DNA of 64,000 nucleotides from Octopus sinensis (lineage: Eukaryota), in NCBI RefSeq assembly GCF_006345805.1, contig NC_043006.1, forward strand, positions 22,196,001 through 22,260,000, written 5' to 3'. Position 1 is the first letter of the stretch. Every line of letters begins with the position of its first letter. Made by a program: the position numbers and the translations under genes. The notes under the pieces are model-generated. The model had not been told where the DNA came from. It searched no databases and saw only the letters and a list, made by a program, of their open reading frames with translations. Shown piece after piece: positions 37,940 to 51,798 of the stretch.

Positions 37940-40367
37940 CAGTGGGGGATCTACTATAAAGCTAATGAAGCTTAAGCTTCAGGGCCCCTAATCGCGGAGG
38001 GGCCCCTCTGAAGCAGCTTAATTTTTTTCATTCTGTCAATTTTTTTTTGTTTTTGTATTTTGCCATGCAGATTGCTGTTACCTGTCTTAGTGGACAATGG
38101 TCATTTCATACTCCTATACAGAGTCTAGACATGCATTGTCTAGCTACGAGCTGTTCCACCTGATGTTTCTGTCGGTGTGGAGTAGTATAAAAAATAAAAG
38201 TACAAATGACGCGCAGATAAATCGCTTTCCTTGAATTGTTTTGGAAACATCAGCCTTACCCCTCCCATTGTCAAATATAGCTACCACTACATCAGCATGG
38301 TAGAGGCAAGAATTCTTATTTTCTCAGCAAGACACCACTATTTAATGACTAATGAAAGGGTTTACCTCCTAATTTTGGACTTACAATCTGTTCAGTAACA
38401 AAGCTTTTTTTCTATTTTAAAAATTGTTAGAATATCACCTTGTACAAGATGGGAAATTTTAAACATACAAGGCAATCTAGCCTTTTCTTTAAAGAGATTA
38501 AGTGTAACTAGATGGTCTCCACACAATAAAGCAGTCTGGGCAATTAAAAATGGATATAGGGATATTTTATAAACTCTCATATATATATTTGAAGACTCTG
38601 AAGAGGAGCCTGAATGTAAGTGAGATGCAAAGAATTTATGCCACAAGTTGGTAAAATTCAAATATGCTGTTTTAACAGTCATTTAGGATGAAGTTATGGA
38701 GCATTTTAACAAAGCAAGTAAGAAAATCCAAACCCTCGTTCTGATGTATTTGATGGTTACCTTCTACTAGCATTTTTGCTTTCGTTTGTTAAAGAACTAC
38801 AATTGAAAATTCAGCCAACGAGATTACACACTATGAATCAGTAGGAAAAGGTTTATGTGAATATATCACCGCAGCTGTGATACCAGTGCCGGTGGTACGT
38901 AAGAGAACCATCCGAACGTGGGTGTTGCCAACGCCACCCCGACTGGCCTTGTGCCGGTGGCACGTAAAAAGCACCATCCGATTGTGGCCGTTGCCAGCCT
39001 CACCTGGCCCCCGTGCTGGTGGCACGTAAAAAGCACCATTCGTTCGTGGCCGTTTGCCAGCCTCGTCTGGCACATGTGCCAGTGGCACGTAAAAAGCACC
39101 CACTACACCCAACATTGCCAGATCAGACTGGGCCTGGTGCAGCCTTCTGGCTTCCCAGACCCCAGTTGAACTGTCCAACCCATGCTAGCATGGAAAGTGG
39201 ACACTAAACGATGATGATGAAATTATTCTGATGTTTCTAAACGCATTGTTACAAAGAAATTTGCAGATGGAACAAATGATAGGACTTAATTGAAAGGGGC
39301 TAGAAAATTTATTATAGAAGTTCTAAATCAAGTCTATGACTGCTTGATAATCCAGTTCAGCAAGAGGATGGACTCATAGGAGCAGACTATGCAAAGGTTC
39401 AAGTTCCTCTCAGAACTGATGAACAATTCAAAATTTGATGAGGACAGCATCAAACTTGCAATATCACATTACAAAGACGATATTGACCACAAATTAATAA
39501 ATGAGTGTTATCAGTTCAAAGAGTACCTACAATTTAGGATATCCCAGAACACAGAAGAAAACACACCATCTAAAATGCGATGCACAGCTGTTCATCAGCT
39601 TATTTATGAGCAACAATTAATTGAAGTGTTCCTTAATATTACCATTGCACTTAAGCTGTACTTGACAATGTCTATCACGAGCTGTGAAGCAGAAAGGAAT
39701 TTCTCAAAGCTTTCCTCTATAAAGATTAAATTTCGATCTACCATCACTGAAAAGCACTTAAATTCCTTATGCATATTGTCTCTAGAAAATGGCATTGCAA
39801 GGAAGCTTTCATATTACAAAACTGTATGGGAATACATTGCTACAGAAAAAAACAGGAAAAAGAGTATTTTGTAATTTTCATTTGTAGCTTAAATATAAGA
39901 TTAGTATTAGATTATTTATTACGTTTTATGTCTTTATTCTATGATACATCATGCATGTATGTAATGCTTCCCTAATTTTCAACCCTCATAACTCTAAAAG
40001 TATAAGGCATAGCCTGGAAAATATTTGTTCACACCACTGACTTTGAGAATCACAATCTGAAATGTAGTGCTTAAATTTGTAAAGAAAATTGTGGTGATCT
40101 GCCATGGAACAACCATATCAGCAAAGATATTGGTGATTACCCACACCTCGTTTCTGATGGAAAGAGGGCTCACTGTAAGATTAAATTTTAAGGACTCCAC
40201 CTCGCCACTCCACCATTTGGGCTATCAGGGCCTCAAGGCTGGAGTTCCTTGCAAGGGCACAAACATTCTTTGGTCCTTGCTGGATGTTACGCTACTGTTG
40301 CTGGTTGTAAAGAAAGCCCCCATAACATTTTAAGTTTCAGGGCCCCAATAATGTAGACCTGCCACTG
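37940..40367 (+). mobile_element. Internally deleted hAT (Tip100/ZMYM1-like) with both ends intact
   Basis: TIRs CAGTGGGGGATCTAC and GTAGACCTGCCACTG. Perfect 8-bp TSD CCAAGTAA. LSVTRWS motif at ~38485. ORF 39389-39874 with TSCEAERNFSKL. Nested RTE 3'UTR fragment at ~38868-39222. Confidence 0.9.
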
Positions 40368-40772
40368 CCAAGTAATCCTACATTTTTACATCATTCTCTT
40401 GCTTCTCACCCCACCCCACCCCCACACATTCTAGCCCATCTGATGATGTCAATGATCTGTCTCCTATTCTCTCCTGGGTCACCCTACAAGTAAATGCATG
40501 CACCATAGGCTTTGAGGTCTCTCTACACTTTACCCTTGCAGTCTTACACCTCAGTCATCCACCCATTTCTGGTTTTTTCACTTTCATTGCACCCTCTCTC
40601 ATTCTCTTCCCTGATCTACATGCCTTTGGTCAGTGGTCCTCAACCTTTCTTGCACCACAGACCAGTTTCATCCAAGACAAATTTTCCACAGACCAGAGCA
40701 CCACACACATAGCAAAACACAATAAAGTGCATAATATATCATTTGATTATTACATACATATATAATAATCAC

Positions 40773-40850
40773 ATAGCCCAGTTGGTAGAGCATCAGACTT
40801 TTATAGGTCAACCTTAGGAGTACTCTGAGAGTCACTGGTTTGACTACCTC
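40773..40850 (+). pseudogene. tRNA-Lys(TTT)-derived fragment or pseudogene
   Basis: ATAGCCCAGTTGGTAGAGCATCAGACTTTTA matches the eukaryotic tRNA-Lys(UUU) 5' half at 29/31 (from recall). The acceptor stem is lost. Confidence 0.6.
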
Positions 40851-41058
40851 TGCAGGTGTATGACTTTTTCAGGTGCAGGCAAAGGTGTGTGGTAAGAAGC
40901 TTGCTTCCCAACTACATGGTTCCAAGTTCAATCTCACTGCATGGCACCTTGGGCAAGTGTCTTTTACTATAGCTTCAGGCTGAACAAAGCCTTGTGAGTG
41001 GATTTGGAAGATGGAAACTGAAAGAAACCCTTCATATATATCTATATCTATCTATCTG

Positions 41059-41122
<64 letters not shown>

Positions 41123-41123
<1 letters not shown>

Positions 41124-41373
41124 TAAAATTATAAATTAGGGTATCTACGAGATACCACCTTGCTGAAAATAGCAGCCATGATCTAACTCTAAAATCCACC
41201 TTAATTGTCCATATATCAACACGGAGAGAAAACAAAGAGACAAGATGAAACTAGTAAAAAATTACTGGATAGTTCTAGATCGCGGATTCTGATTTTGGTG
41301 GTTTTAGAGTCAGATCATGGCTGCTATTTTCAGCATGGTGGTATCTCGTAGATATCCTAATTTATAATTTTAA
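41123..41373. mobile_element. Foldback MITE inside a SINE-A (~40872-41745)
   Basis: ~78-bp inverted arms flanked by TA. Confidence 0.65.
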
Positions 41374-41470
41374 TAATTATTACCTTTGAAGCTTAATTTT
41401 TTCCATGCTGACCACTTGATAAAATCGTAGTTTTATTTTTAAATTAACGATCTTATCCTTATTTATATAA

Positions 41471-41522
<52 letters not shown>

Positions 41523-41756
41523 GTGTGTGTCTTTGTGTCTGTGTTTGTCACCCCCACCATCACTTGATAACCGTTGTTGGTGGGCTTACATCCCAGTAAC
41601 TTAGTGGTTTGACAAAAGAGACTGATATAATCACTAGGCTTACAAAGAATAAGTACTGCGGTTGGTTTCTTCAACTAAAACCCTTGAACATAGTGCTCCA
41701 GCATGGCCATAGTCAAATGATTGAAACAAGTAAAAGAATAAAAAAATATAATACAT

Positions 41757-42150
41757 AGGCGCAGGAGTGGCTGTGTGGCAAGTAGCTTGTTTACCAACCA
41801 CATGGTTCCAGGTTCAGTCCCACTGCGTGGCACCTTGGGCAAGTGTCTTCTACTATAGCCTCGGGCTGACCAAAGCCTTGTGAGTGGATTTGGTAGACGG
41901 AAACTGAAAGAAGCCCGTCGTATATATGTATATATATATATATGCGTGTTTGTGTGTCTGTGTTTGTCCCCCCAACATTGCTTGACAACCGATGCTGGTG
42001 TGTTTATGTCCCCGTTACTTAGCGGTTCGGCGCAAGAGACCAATAGAATAAGTACTGGGCTTACAAAGAATAAGTCCCGGGGTCGAGTTGCTCGACTAAA
42101 GGCGGTGCTCCAGCATGGCCACAGTCAAATGACTGAAACAAGTAAAAGAG
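41757..42150 (+). mobile_element. SINE family A, full length, young
   Basis: Complete head, body and tail. A further plus-strand copy lies at ~49943-50315. Confidence 0.9.
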
Positions 42151-42199
42151 AGTATATAATGCAACAGCATCTTGTATATTGCATGTGTGTTTGTATGTG

Positions 42200-42940
42200 T
42201 TTGTATGTTTGGTGTGTAGCTTTGTGGAGTTGGGCTCAGGCACCAGACCATGTGAGGCCCTCAGATTCCATTTCCGAGATCAGTTCAAAGTCACTCCCTT
42301 CCGCTGTTCCATTCACTCAAAATGCTTGGGAGACAACCACCAAGGACTGTCCAAAGTGGTGGCACGTCATTGTTAAAGGAACAGACCAGATGGAAAATAA
42401 CAGACATCATTATACAGAGATCAGACGTTGAAGATGCAAAGAGTGACTTGTACTTGCTCAACACTCCAGCCTTCCCATGCAATAAATGCCCAGCTTTTCT
42501 ATACAACCACCTCAAGCACCAGTACCCTTCATACCCATCAGGATGAAAAGGCTCAATTGCTCACTACAGATTACCTACTCAGATACAAGTTAATGCTGAA
42601 GATCAGTTATTCTCTCCAAGTTGCTACTTCTCTGTATTGAGAGGCCACAGCTCTGGCGCAACAGACATGTGATAAGAATGTGACAAGAAAAAATTCACAA
42701 GACAGATTCTTCAAGACAATGGATCTGATCAGCAGGAGACCAAGAAGTAGGCCAAGAACAAGGTAACTGGATAATATCTATAGTCTCAGCTAGTCACTCT
42801 TTGGGAATCCAGCCAGAAGGTCCAATGACAGACATTTCTGATAGCACCTTATGGAGGGGGTGCCTGAGGAATTTAGCTCCCCCTCCACGACCCTCCCAGA
42901 AATAATGCGTGGGGAAAATGGATGGATGGATGGATGGATG
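42200..42940 (+). mobile_element. Two degenerate RTE-clade LINE 3' fragments
   Basis: LRFHFRDQFKVT...AWETTTKDCPKWWHVIVKG, and RRPRSRPRTR followed by an (ATGG)n tail. Confidence 0.55.
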
Positions 42941-43315
42941 GAAATTTGCTCTTAGTCTGATATATATATTATCTTACTTTGTGACAGAGCTGATAAAAAA
43001 AAAACATTAGCCATGGTAGCCTCTTAATGATTCTCCGATATATCAAACAGACAGTAATGGTAAACAAGAGAATGGCTGTTTAATGGGTAATTTGAACATT
43101 TTTTCCTTTTGGCCTTGTGCCTCCACAAGAAGCAGAGATAATATTGTGTCGCTATTATATTTTTCTCTCCTTCTATTCTACTTACATTCTAGAAATGTGC
43201 TCCCTGTGGTCAAAAATTTAAAAGGAAAAAGTAATAAAACTTTTTTTCATTAAAATCCATATTTTTATGGCTTTCAAAACTATTCAATTTCATTGATAGA
43301 ACACTTAAAAAATCT

Positions 43316-43346
<31 letters not shown>

Positions 43347-43347
43347 A

Positions 43348-43378
<31 letters not shown>

Positions 43379-43750
43379 TGTATGTATGTATGTATGTATG
43401 TATGTATGTATGCATGCATGCATGCATGTATGTATATGTGTGTGTATATATATGTATTATGTATATATACATATATATATGTGTGTATGTATATATGCAC
43501 ACTTACACATATACATACTCATGCACACATACACGGATACATACATATAAACATATATATATATATACACACACATATTTATACACACACACATATATAT
43601 CTATACATATATACATATATACAGATACAGATGTATATATGATATACATAAATACATGCATACATACATACATATATATGTATACATATGTATATATATG
43701 TATATGCATATAAAAATATATATTTATGTATATATATGTGTGTGTATATA

Positions 43751-43804
<54 letters not shown>

Positions 43805-44303
43805 CATACATATACGTATATATATGTAACTATACACACTTGCATACATACTCATCAGACATAGAAACAATTTACTATGAGTTTCTGAATATAATTGATA
43901 GTAATCTGATTATAAATTGACTTTTTTTTTATTATTGTTGCATTTACTGCTGCTGTTGCTGATGGTGCTGCTACTTTTGTTGTTGTTGTTGTTGATGACG
44001 CTGTTGTTTTGATTTCCATTTAATGTAATAAATATATTGCAACATATTGCAATTCACTTCATTTGTAGCCAAACAAAAGTGGGAGAACCCACTCGCTAAT
44101 CATGAAGATAATATCTTAATATAATCAGTTTCGGATTGCAGTGTACTATAGTTTGACAGATTGCTTTTAATCCTGACTTCAGCATGAATTGTTAAAGTAA
44201 GGTACCAGTGAAGTACTGGGACCATGTAATTGAATAGCCCCTCCCTCAAAATTGCTGGCCTTGTGGCTAAATCAGAAGCCAGCATTAATAATACTATTAT
44301 TAT

Positions 44304-44860
44304 TGAATGACAGAGCAGAGCATGCAATCTAAGTGACACTGGGGTATAAATATACAAAGCCCAATATACCCATCATGACTACCCATCTGATAAGGGTACA
44401 GCAGGCACATGCATAACAACCATATGTGCGCCACATGGTGATCTCATATCAAGATAAACAGCACATGACCTTGCAGGTAGGGCCCAGTTAGAATTTTCTT
44501 CAGGTCAAGTAGCCCATCCCACTCAAAAGGCCCCTGAATAAGGGTTGTTTAAGGATGATGAATGAAACCCATATTTCCAGAGGTGAATTATTCAAACCCC
44601 AAAGAATTCCTCTCTCAATACATGGCTATGATGTTCCTTCACTACTTCTGCTCGTGATCAGAGATGCACATATTGTCAGCCACTAAGGGACATGCTCAAC
44701 TATTTAAGGTCAAGCAACTGACATGCAAATCTGTGGTACTAAGCAGAATATTTGCTGTAGCCCATCTTTTATACCAAGACAAAACATGTACATGGTAACA
44801 CTTCTAATCAGTAAAAATCAGAAGCCACGAGAGCCACTGCCTGGTACTGCATCAGAGCAT
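44304..44860 (-). mobile_element. Family F element, copy 3 (older)
   Basis: Reverse complement of 5503-6060. Flanked by (TTA)n and (TAC)n. Confidence 0.8.
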
Positions 44861-44861
44861 G

Positions 44862-44954
<93 letters not shown>

Positions 44955-45173
44955 ACAAGGTGGCAAGCTGGTAGAACCATTAGCATGCCAGGCATTCTGT
45001 CCATCTATATGTTCCAAGTTCAAATTCCACCAAGGTCAGCTTTGCCTTTTACCGTTTCACAGTTGATAAAATAAGCACCAGTTAAACACTGGGGTCAATG
45101 TAATCGATTTATACCCTCCCACTAAAATTGCTGGCCTTGAGCCAAAATTTGAAACCATTAATATCATTATTAT

Positions 45174-45685
45174 TAACCCAATACACAAGTCTGTATAAAA
45201 ACAGCCAGGCCAAAGTAACAAATGCCATGGAGACTGTTGTAGAGACAGCCCTAATGGAGACTGTGGTGTTTGTGGTGTTATGGGATGTGATGAGCTATGT
45301 GGTGTTGGTGGAGAGGATTGCAGATGAGGTAGACGGAAGTGAAGACTGCAGGGGTCGGTGGAACGGCCACTGGGCATGCGTGGGCAGGAAGCACGTGCGT
45401 GAGTTGGAGCAGAGACGGCAGCGTGCAAGGACGAGTTTATTTCTTGACAGTGATCGCTCAACCTGCCTAGGTCAACAGGTAAGGTCTTTGTATTTCTTTC
45501 TTCTGTTTGCTTCTTTTTCTGTTGTCTTCTTCCTCCATCACACTACAGAGACCAAAGAGAAGGGCAGCAGCACCACTAGAAATGAGGATGCAGAAGATGA
45601 TTTCTTCAGCAACATCACTCAGTTCCAACAGAGCAGGAACCACAGGTCACTGAAATCCAAGGTGCAGAACTTTGTGAATCCTGCC
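45174..45685 (+). mobile_element. Second copy of the hAT C-terminal segment, interrupted by a solo LTR
   Basis: Aligns to ~36553-36760. Confidence 0.75.
45262..45547. mobile_element. Solo LTR, 286 bp
   Basis: TGTGGTG...CACTACA termini, 5-bp TSD GAGAC at 45257-45261 and 45548-45552, AATAAA on the minus strand. Absent from the paralogue at ~36630. Confidence 0.8.
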
Positions 45686-46264
45686 TGGAGATAAAATGCC
45701 CAGTGGTATTTCATCTGTCTTTACATTCTGAGTTCAAATGCCACCAAGTCTACTTTGCCTTTCATCCTTTTGGGGTTGATAAATTGAATACTAGTTGGAC
45801 ACTGGTACTTTGTCTATCTGTCTCTCTCTGTCTGTTTGCTTTTCCTACTGTAAACTTACCTTCTCTATAAATCCTTAAATCCTTAAAAATGTTTTAGCCT
45901 GAAGGCCGTGGCCATACTGGGGCACCACCGCTGGAAACATGTTTAGCAGATATATATATATATATACAAAATAAGAAAATGGAGAAATACATCTAAATTA
46001 ATTTGTGGTAAAACATTTTACCTTTGCCCATATAATACAGTAAATGAATTAATTGCATTGCAATTCTTAATATTTATGTATTAACTTTGTTGGGTACTTC
46101 ACTAGCAGTATATTGGATATATGTTATCCCATGGAGGGTTGCATTTACAACCCCTATCTTAATTTGTATATATATATATATATATTTACAACACACTCTC
46201 TCAGTCTTTGTCTGTATATGTATATCTCTCACCTTGAGTGTGTGTATTCTATATGTGTAGGTGT

Positions 46265-46301
<37 letters not shown>

Positions 46302-46329
46302 CATGTATGTTAGGAATTTCTTTAGGGTG

Positions 46330-47268
46330 ACAGAGTCAAAAGACCCTACCACAAAGCATCAGCAGCAAGCTCAGGAGACACCTGAACAGAGAAGAGATAG
46401 ACTTGGTGATATACAAATACAAGCCTCCATTGCATGGTCTCAGGAAACTCCCAAGCACAGGATGCATTGATTACATGATAAGTGCACATGTACCTTCATT
46501 GCACAGACCCATTTCAATTTAAAGAACTTCAATTTCCAGTGAGTCTTAGTTTTGTCATGACTATCAACAAATCGCAAGGGCAAATATTTTCAGTTGCTGG
46601 TTTGGAAGCACTCCGTCGGATACGACGACGAGGGTTCCGGTTGATCCGAATCAACGGAACAGCCTGCTCGTGAAATTAACGTGTAAGTGGCTGAGCACTC
46701 CACAGACACGTGTACCCTTAACGTAGTTCTCGGGGATATTCAGCGTGACACAGAGAGTGACAAGGCCGGCCCTTTGAAATACAGGTACAACAGAAACAGG
46801 AAGTAAGAGTGAGAGAAAGTTGTGGTGAAAGAGTACAGCAGGGATCACCACCACCCCCTGCCAGAGCCTCGTGGAGCTTTAGGTGTTTTCGCTCAATAAA
46901 CACTCACAACACCCGGTCTGGGAATCGAAACCGCGATCCTATGACCGCGAGTCCGCTGTCCTAACCACAGGGCCATTGCGCCTCCACAGTTGCAGGTTTA
47001 CACAATGAAGAGCCCTCCTTCCCCCATGGTCAGCTTTATGTTAGATATTCAAGAGTAGGAAGCAAGAAAAATCTTTACATGTACCAAATGCAAAAGCAAA
47101 AGAACTTTGCATACCGAGTCTCATAAATTGACCCCTAAAATGCAGAGATCTGTCCTGATCAAGAGGCTGATCAGTCGGAGAAGACATGATGTGACATAGA
47201 ATAAAAATATTGAAATAAAGCCTTTCTATTGTGAAAACTTCCTTGGCAACATTGAGTTACTCAGCTTG
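46330..47268 (+). mobile_element. Internally deleted Helitron
   Basis: QETPEQRRDRL (N-terminal repeat type), then PFQFKELQFPVSLSFVMTINKSQGQ / VAGLHNEEPSFPHGQLYV..SRVG (Pif1-like helicase C-terminus). Degenerate 3' hairpin/CTAG end at ~47240-47268. Confidence 0.8.
46604..46986 (-). mobile_element. SINE family D inserted in the Helitron helicase
   Basis: 13-bp TSD CAGTTGC(T/A)GGTTT at 46591-46603 and 46987-46999. Confidence 0.9.
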
Positions 47269-47684
47269 TGTATATACATAAAAGCAAGCTGGCAGAATTG
47301 TTAGCTTGCCAAGCATTTCATTCATCTTTGCATTCTGAATTCAAACTCCTCCAAATTTGACTTTGTCTTTCATCTTTCCAGGGTCAATAAAACAAATATC
47401 AATTGAGTACTGGGGTCGATGTAATCAACTAGCTTCCTTTCACAAACTTCTGGCATTGTGCCTATAGTACAAATCTATATATATATATGTATATGTGAGA
47501 AATTTGGTGTAAACATAACGATGTAAGAAATTTGAAAAGCTGAACCCGAAACCGGTCATTTCTTCAAAAACTATGTCATTGTATGAAAAAAATTTATAAC
47601 ATTCTTCAGACATAATGACTAAAAATATATATTTTTTAACCTTTTAAAACAAGCCTTCTGTAGTTTTTTCACTTTTTACTATTT

Positions 47685-48082
47685 TATATATATATATATA
47701 TATATAAAGTTGAAGTTGTCTGTGTGTGGCAGGTTTGGTAGCCTTCAACTAACACTATCTCCTCCAAGACCCTGCGGTGCAAGTTGACCAAAATTGAGAG
47801 CATGATAGAAGAAGGCTTGCTCTTCATTCCATAGAAGATAAAATTCAAATGTTAAGACCAAAAATTATTTACATCAAAAAGGTGCTTTTTTTCTATGAAA
47901 ATCTCTATTTTTTACGATTTTTTGACAGCTCTGTCGCCATTTTTTGGTGTATTTCAACCAGAAAAATGTTCAATTAAAGAGAATAACAAGCTACATAATG
48001 CAAATTTTTTTACCTTTTGAAAATTCCAATTCTAAAGGGTCGAAACAAACCCGAGCAACGCCGGATGATACTGCTGCTGATA
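47685..48082 (+). mobile_element. Non-autonomous Helitron-like element
   Basis: (TA)n-AAAGTTGAAGTTGTCTGTGTG start and CCCGAGCAACGCCGG...CTGC 3' hairpin-type end. Confidence 0.55.
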
Positions 48083-48850
48083 TATACATATATATGTGTG
48101 TGTGTGTTTGTGCGTACTCTTGTTTAAACATCATATGATAAATAATTGTAAACAAGCCAAGCATGATCTGCATACAAGCAGGGTTGTTCATTTTCAGATA
48201 GTAACAGGAAGGACATCCAGCTATAGAAAATCTTCCTTGCCGATTGCTTCTCTGACCCATGCAATCATGGAAAAGTTGATGCTAAATGTTGATGATAACA
48301 AATGATGATGAATATATATTAGAATACATTATCCTTTTAAAATAGTAAAGTTGACGTAAATAAGTTTTGTTGCTATTTCTAGCAGATTAGTTGCCTCATA
48401 GAAACATTCTTGTTGAATCAAGAGGCTGCTTTGTTTTCTTCTTTAGGTAATTAATATTGTAGAACCCAATAGGCTTGTTATTGAAGTAGCATAGCCATTT
48501 TTAAAACAGATATTTTCTCCCTTAGTTCAACCTCTTCAGTCGCCATTTTTACGAGTACTTTCATTTCTAGTAGATCAAAATGTCCTCCAACAAAATTCCC
48601 CCCACTTTTTCCGGAACTTTGTGATTTTGCTACTTAATGGTTTGATAGATATTTACAATAAGATTTACACTACAAGAAAGCTTTCTTTTATTATTCAGAT
48701 ATCATCAAGTTACAAATATAAATTGCAATTCAATCTTTATATATACATACATACATAGTCATACACACACACACACAGATATATATATATATATATATAT
48801 GTATGTATATATATATGTATGTATATATATATATATATATATATTATATA

Positions 48851-48881
<31 letters not shown>

Positions 48882-48935
48882 ATATATAGATACATACATA
48901 TATATACATAGCAGGCCAGCCCTGCCAATATACAC

Positions 48936-49024
<89 letters not shown>

Positions 49025-49049
49025 TATGTATATGTATATATATATGTAT

Positions 49050-49096
<47 letters not shown>

Positions 49097-49107
49097 TAGA
49101 TACATAC

Positions 49108-49172
<65 letters not shown>

Positions 49173-49403
49173 TATAATATATAATATATATATATATATA
49201 GACATATCTATTTTTATGAGTGGATTTCAAAGACGGAAACTGAAAGAAACTCATCATATATGTATATGCATGCATATATATAAATATCTTATTGATTGAA
49301 CTACAGGGAGTAGTCATCCTACTTGAGAAATGGATGAATAAACTATAATTGTAGACTGGATTGGTTGACAGCTTGAATTGTACATACATCCACACATACA
49401 GAC

Positions 49404-49434
<31 letters not shown>

Positions 49435-49727
49435 TGTATGTATGTATGTACCTATGTATGTATGTACAGATAGATGGATAGATGGAAGGATATATTTATA
49501 ATATGTATATATATATATAAATATGTGTTTATGTATGTCATTCAGTAGTGTAGTTAATAGCAGTGTAAGGGGAGTGACCATCATCCCCTATCACATTTTT
49601 CACAATTGGCACCTTTTATGAAATGTATAATCAACGTATTAAAAATTGTTTCCCATGTGTCACGGTGCCTTTTTTTTATGTGCTTGCTCCCCCTAACTTT
49701 AGAACCTGGTTATGGCCCTGATGGCAA

Positions 49728-49771
<44 letters not shown>

Positions 49772-50330
49772 TCAATAAATGGTGGGTTGTGTTGACCGCA
49801 CGTGGAGAAATGATAAGCAAGGAAAATGCATTTGCATTTTTACAATTTTTCCTTGCTTATATATATATATTATATATATATATATATATATAGTGTGTGT
49901 GTGTGTGTATGTGTATGTGTTTGTGTGCTTTCGATATATATGGGCACAGGAGTTGCTGTGAGGTAAGAAGCTTGCTTCCCAACCACATGGCCCTGGTTTC
50001 AGTCCCACTGCATAGCACCTTGGGCAAGTGTCTTCTACTATAGCCTCAGGCCGACCAAAGCCTTGTGAGTGGATTTGGTAGACAGAAACTGAAAGAAACC
50101 TGTTGTATATATATATATGCATATGTATGTCTGTATTTGTGTCTGTGTTTATCCCTCCACCATCGCTTGACAACCGATGTTGGTGTGTTTACATCTCTGT
50201 AAAATAGTGGTTTGGCAAAACTGACCGATAGAATAAGTCCTGGGGGTTGATTAGTTTGACTAAAGGCAGTGCTCCAGCATGACAGCAGTCATATGACTGA
50301 AACAAGTAAAAGGGAGTATATATATACATA

Positions 50331-50366
<36 letters not shown>

Positions 50367-51019
50367 GAAATGAGGTAATCAGAAGATCGGATGGTTCATA
50401 TTTATAGATATTTATTTATATATTACATTTTTTACATATATATATCATATCATTCAGATCATATCATTCAGATTATTAGTGCTTTCTCCCATTCTAGTGG
50501 GGTTTTCAAATCAAATTAATTCCTTTGTGGGGAATTTAATCATTTTATAGAGTTTCGTAGTTGTGGGGAGGAACAAGACAGTACAAGAGGGTGAAGTGGA
50601 TGAGGAGGACGTGAGAGAGAGAACATGTGTGTATGTGTGTGTGTATGTGTGTGTGTGTGTGTGCGTTTGTATCTGAGGCTAAAGAGAAAGAGGGGAAGGG
50701 AGAGGGAAGAAGAAGAAGGATTTCCTTTGGCCTGCTGGACCCCCAAGGGAGTTCTAAGAATTTTAGCTTTTTGTCCATTTTGGTGTCACTGAGTGTGTGT
50801 TGGTGGGTAGGCAGGCCATAAATTACACCTTTTATGATTTTGAGGATGGTCAAATGCCATTTGGGGTCTAAGAACTCTTCTACTTTGTATGATCGTTTTG
50901 TGGAGGTGTGTGTGTGTGTGTGTGTCTCTGTGTGTCCGTGTGTGTTTGTGTGCGTGTGTGTGTGTGTCTCTGTGTGTCTGTGTGTGTTTGTGTGCATGTG
51001 TGTGTGGGTGTGCGGTGTT

Positions 51020-51798
51020 TTTTTCCACTGTTCAAAACAGTGCTGGAACTCTTGCAAAGTGATGCCTTTTATCGCCTGTCATTTTTTCTTCACCTCTTCC
51101 ACATCTGCAAATTCTGTAGCACTAGCTTTCATCACCACTGATAACCTTCAAAAAAGGTCCAGATCAACTTCCAGTTGTTCTTTCAGTTCATGACACACTT
51201 TCAGTCATGACTGCTTTTGATCTTCTGTGAGAAAGCAAGGAATAAATTTTGCTGCAACTCTTTTCATTTGCCATTCCTTACTCATAATTCATTGGCAGGA
51301 GCTCCAAGACACACCAATCATATGAACAAATTTGTAAACTGTTCGGTGATGGTCCTCCAATATCAGTTCATAAATATTTGTGATGTTTACATTAGTTTGG
51401 GTGGTTGACACTTGTTCTGAATGAGGTTGGTCTTCAAGTGACAAGTGGCCATTCCTAAAGCATGGGAACCACTTGTAAACTCGTGTTTTGCTCATGGCAG
51501 CATCCTTGTAAGCTGTTTGAGGCACAACAACTGTTTCAGCAGCTGTTTTGTTCAGCAGAATGCAGAATTTCATGGAACCACACTGTACCTTCATTTCAGT
51601 CATCGCAAAAATTGGCAAACAGGGGAGGAGTAATGCAAAGCAAAGACACACCATATGGCAGTATGACTCCAGCTAATGCCGCTGGCTGGCAGACTAATGC
51701 CCGAGGGTCGCATCAAGTGGCTTCTTATGGTGGGAGCCTGAACTACAATGGGTTTGTCCCATAGAAAACATTTCCGGTTACTTTTGGGTACCCCCTTG
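51020..51798 (-). mobile_element. Internally deleted degenerate mariner
   Basis: TA-CAAGGGGGTACCCAAAAGTAACCGGAA TIR. MTEMK..KFCILLNKTAAET..SKTRVYKWF, and [11 protein letters not shown]. Confidence 0.8.
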
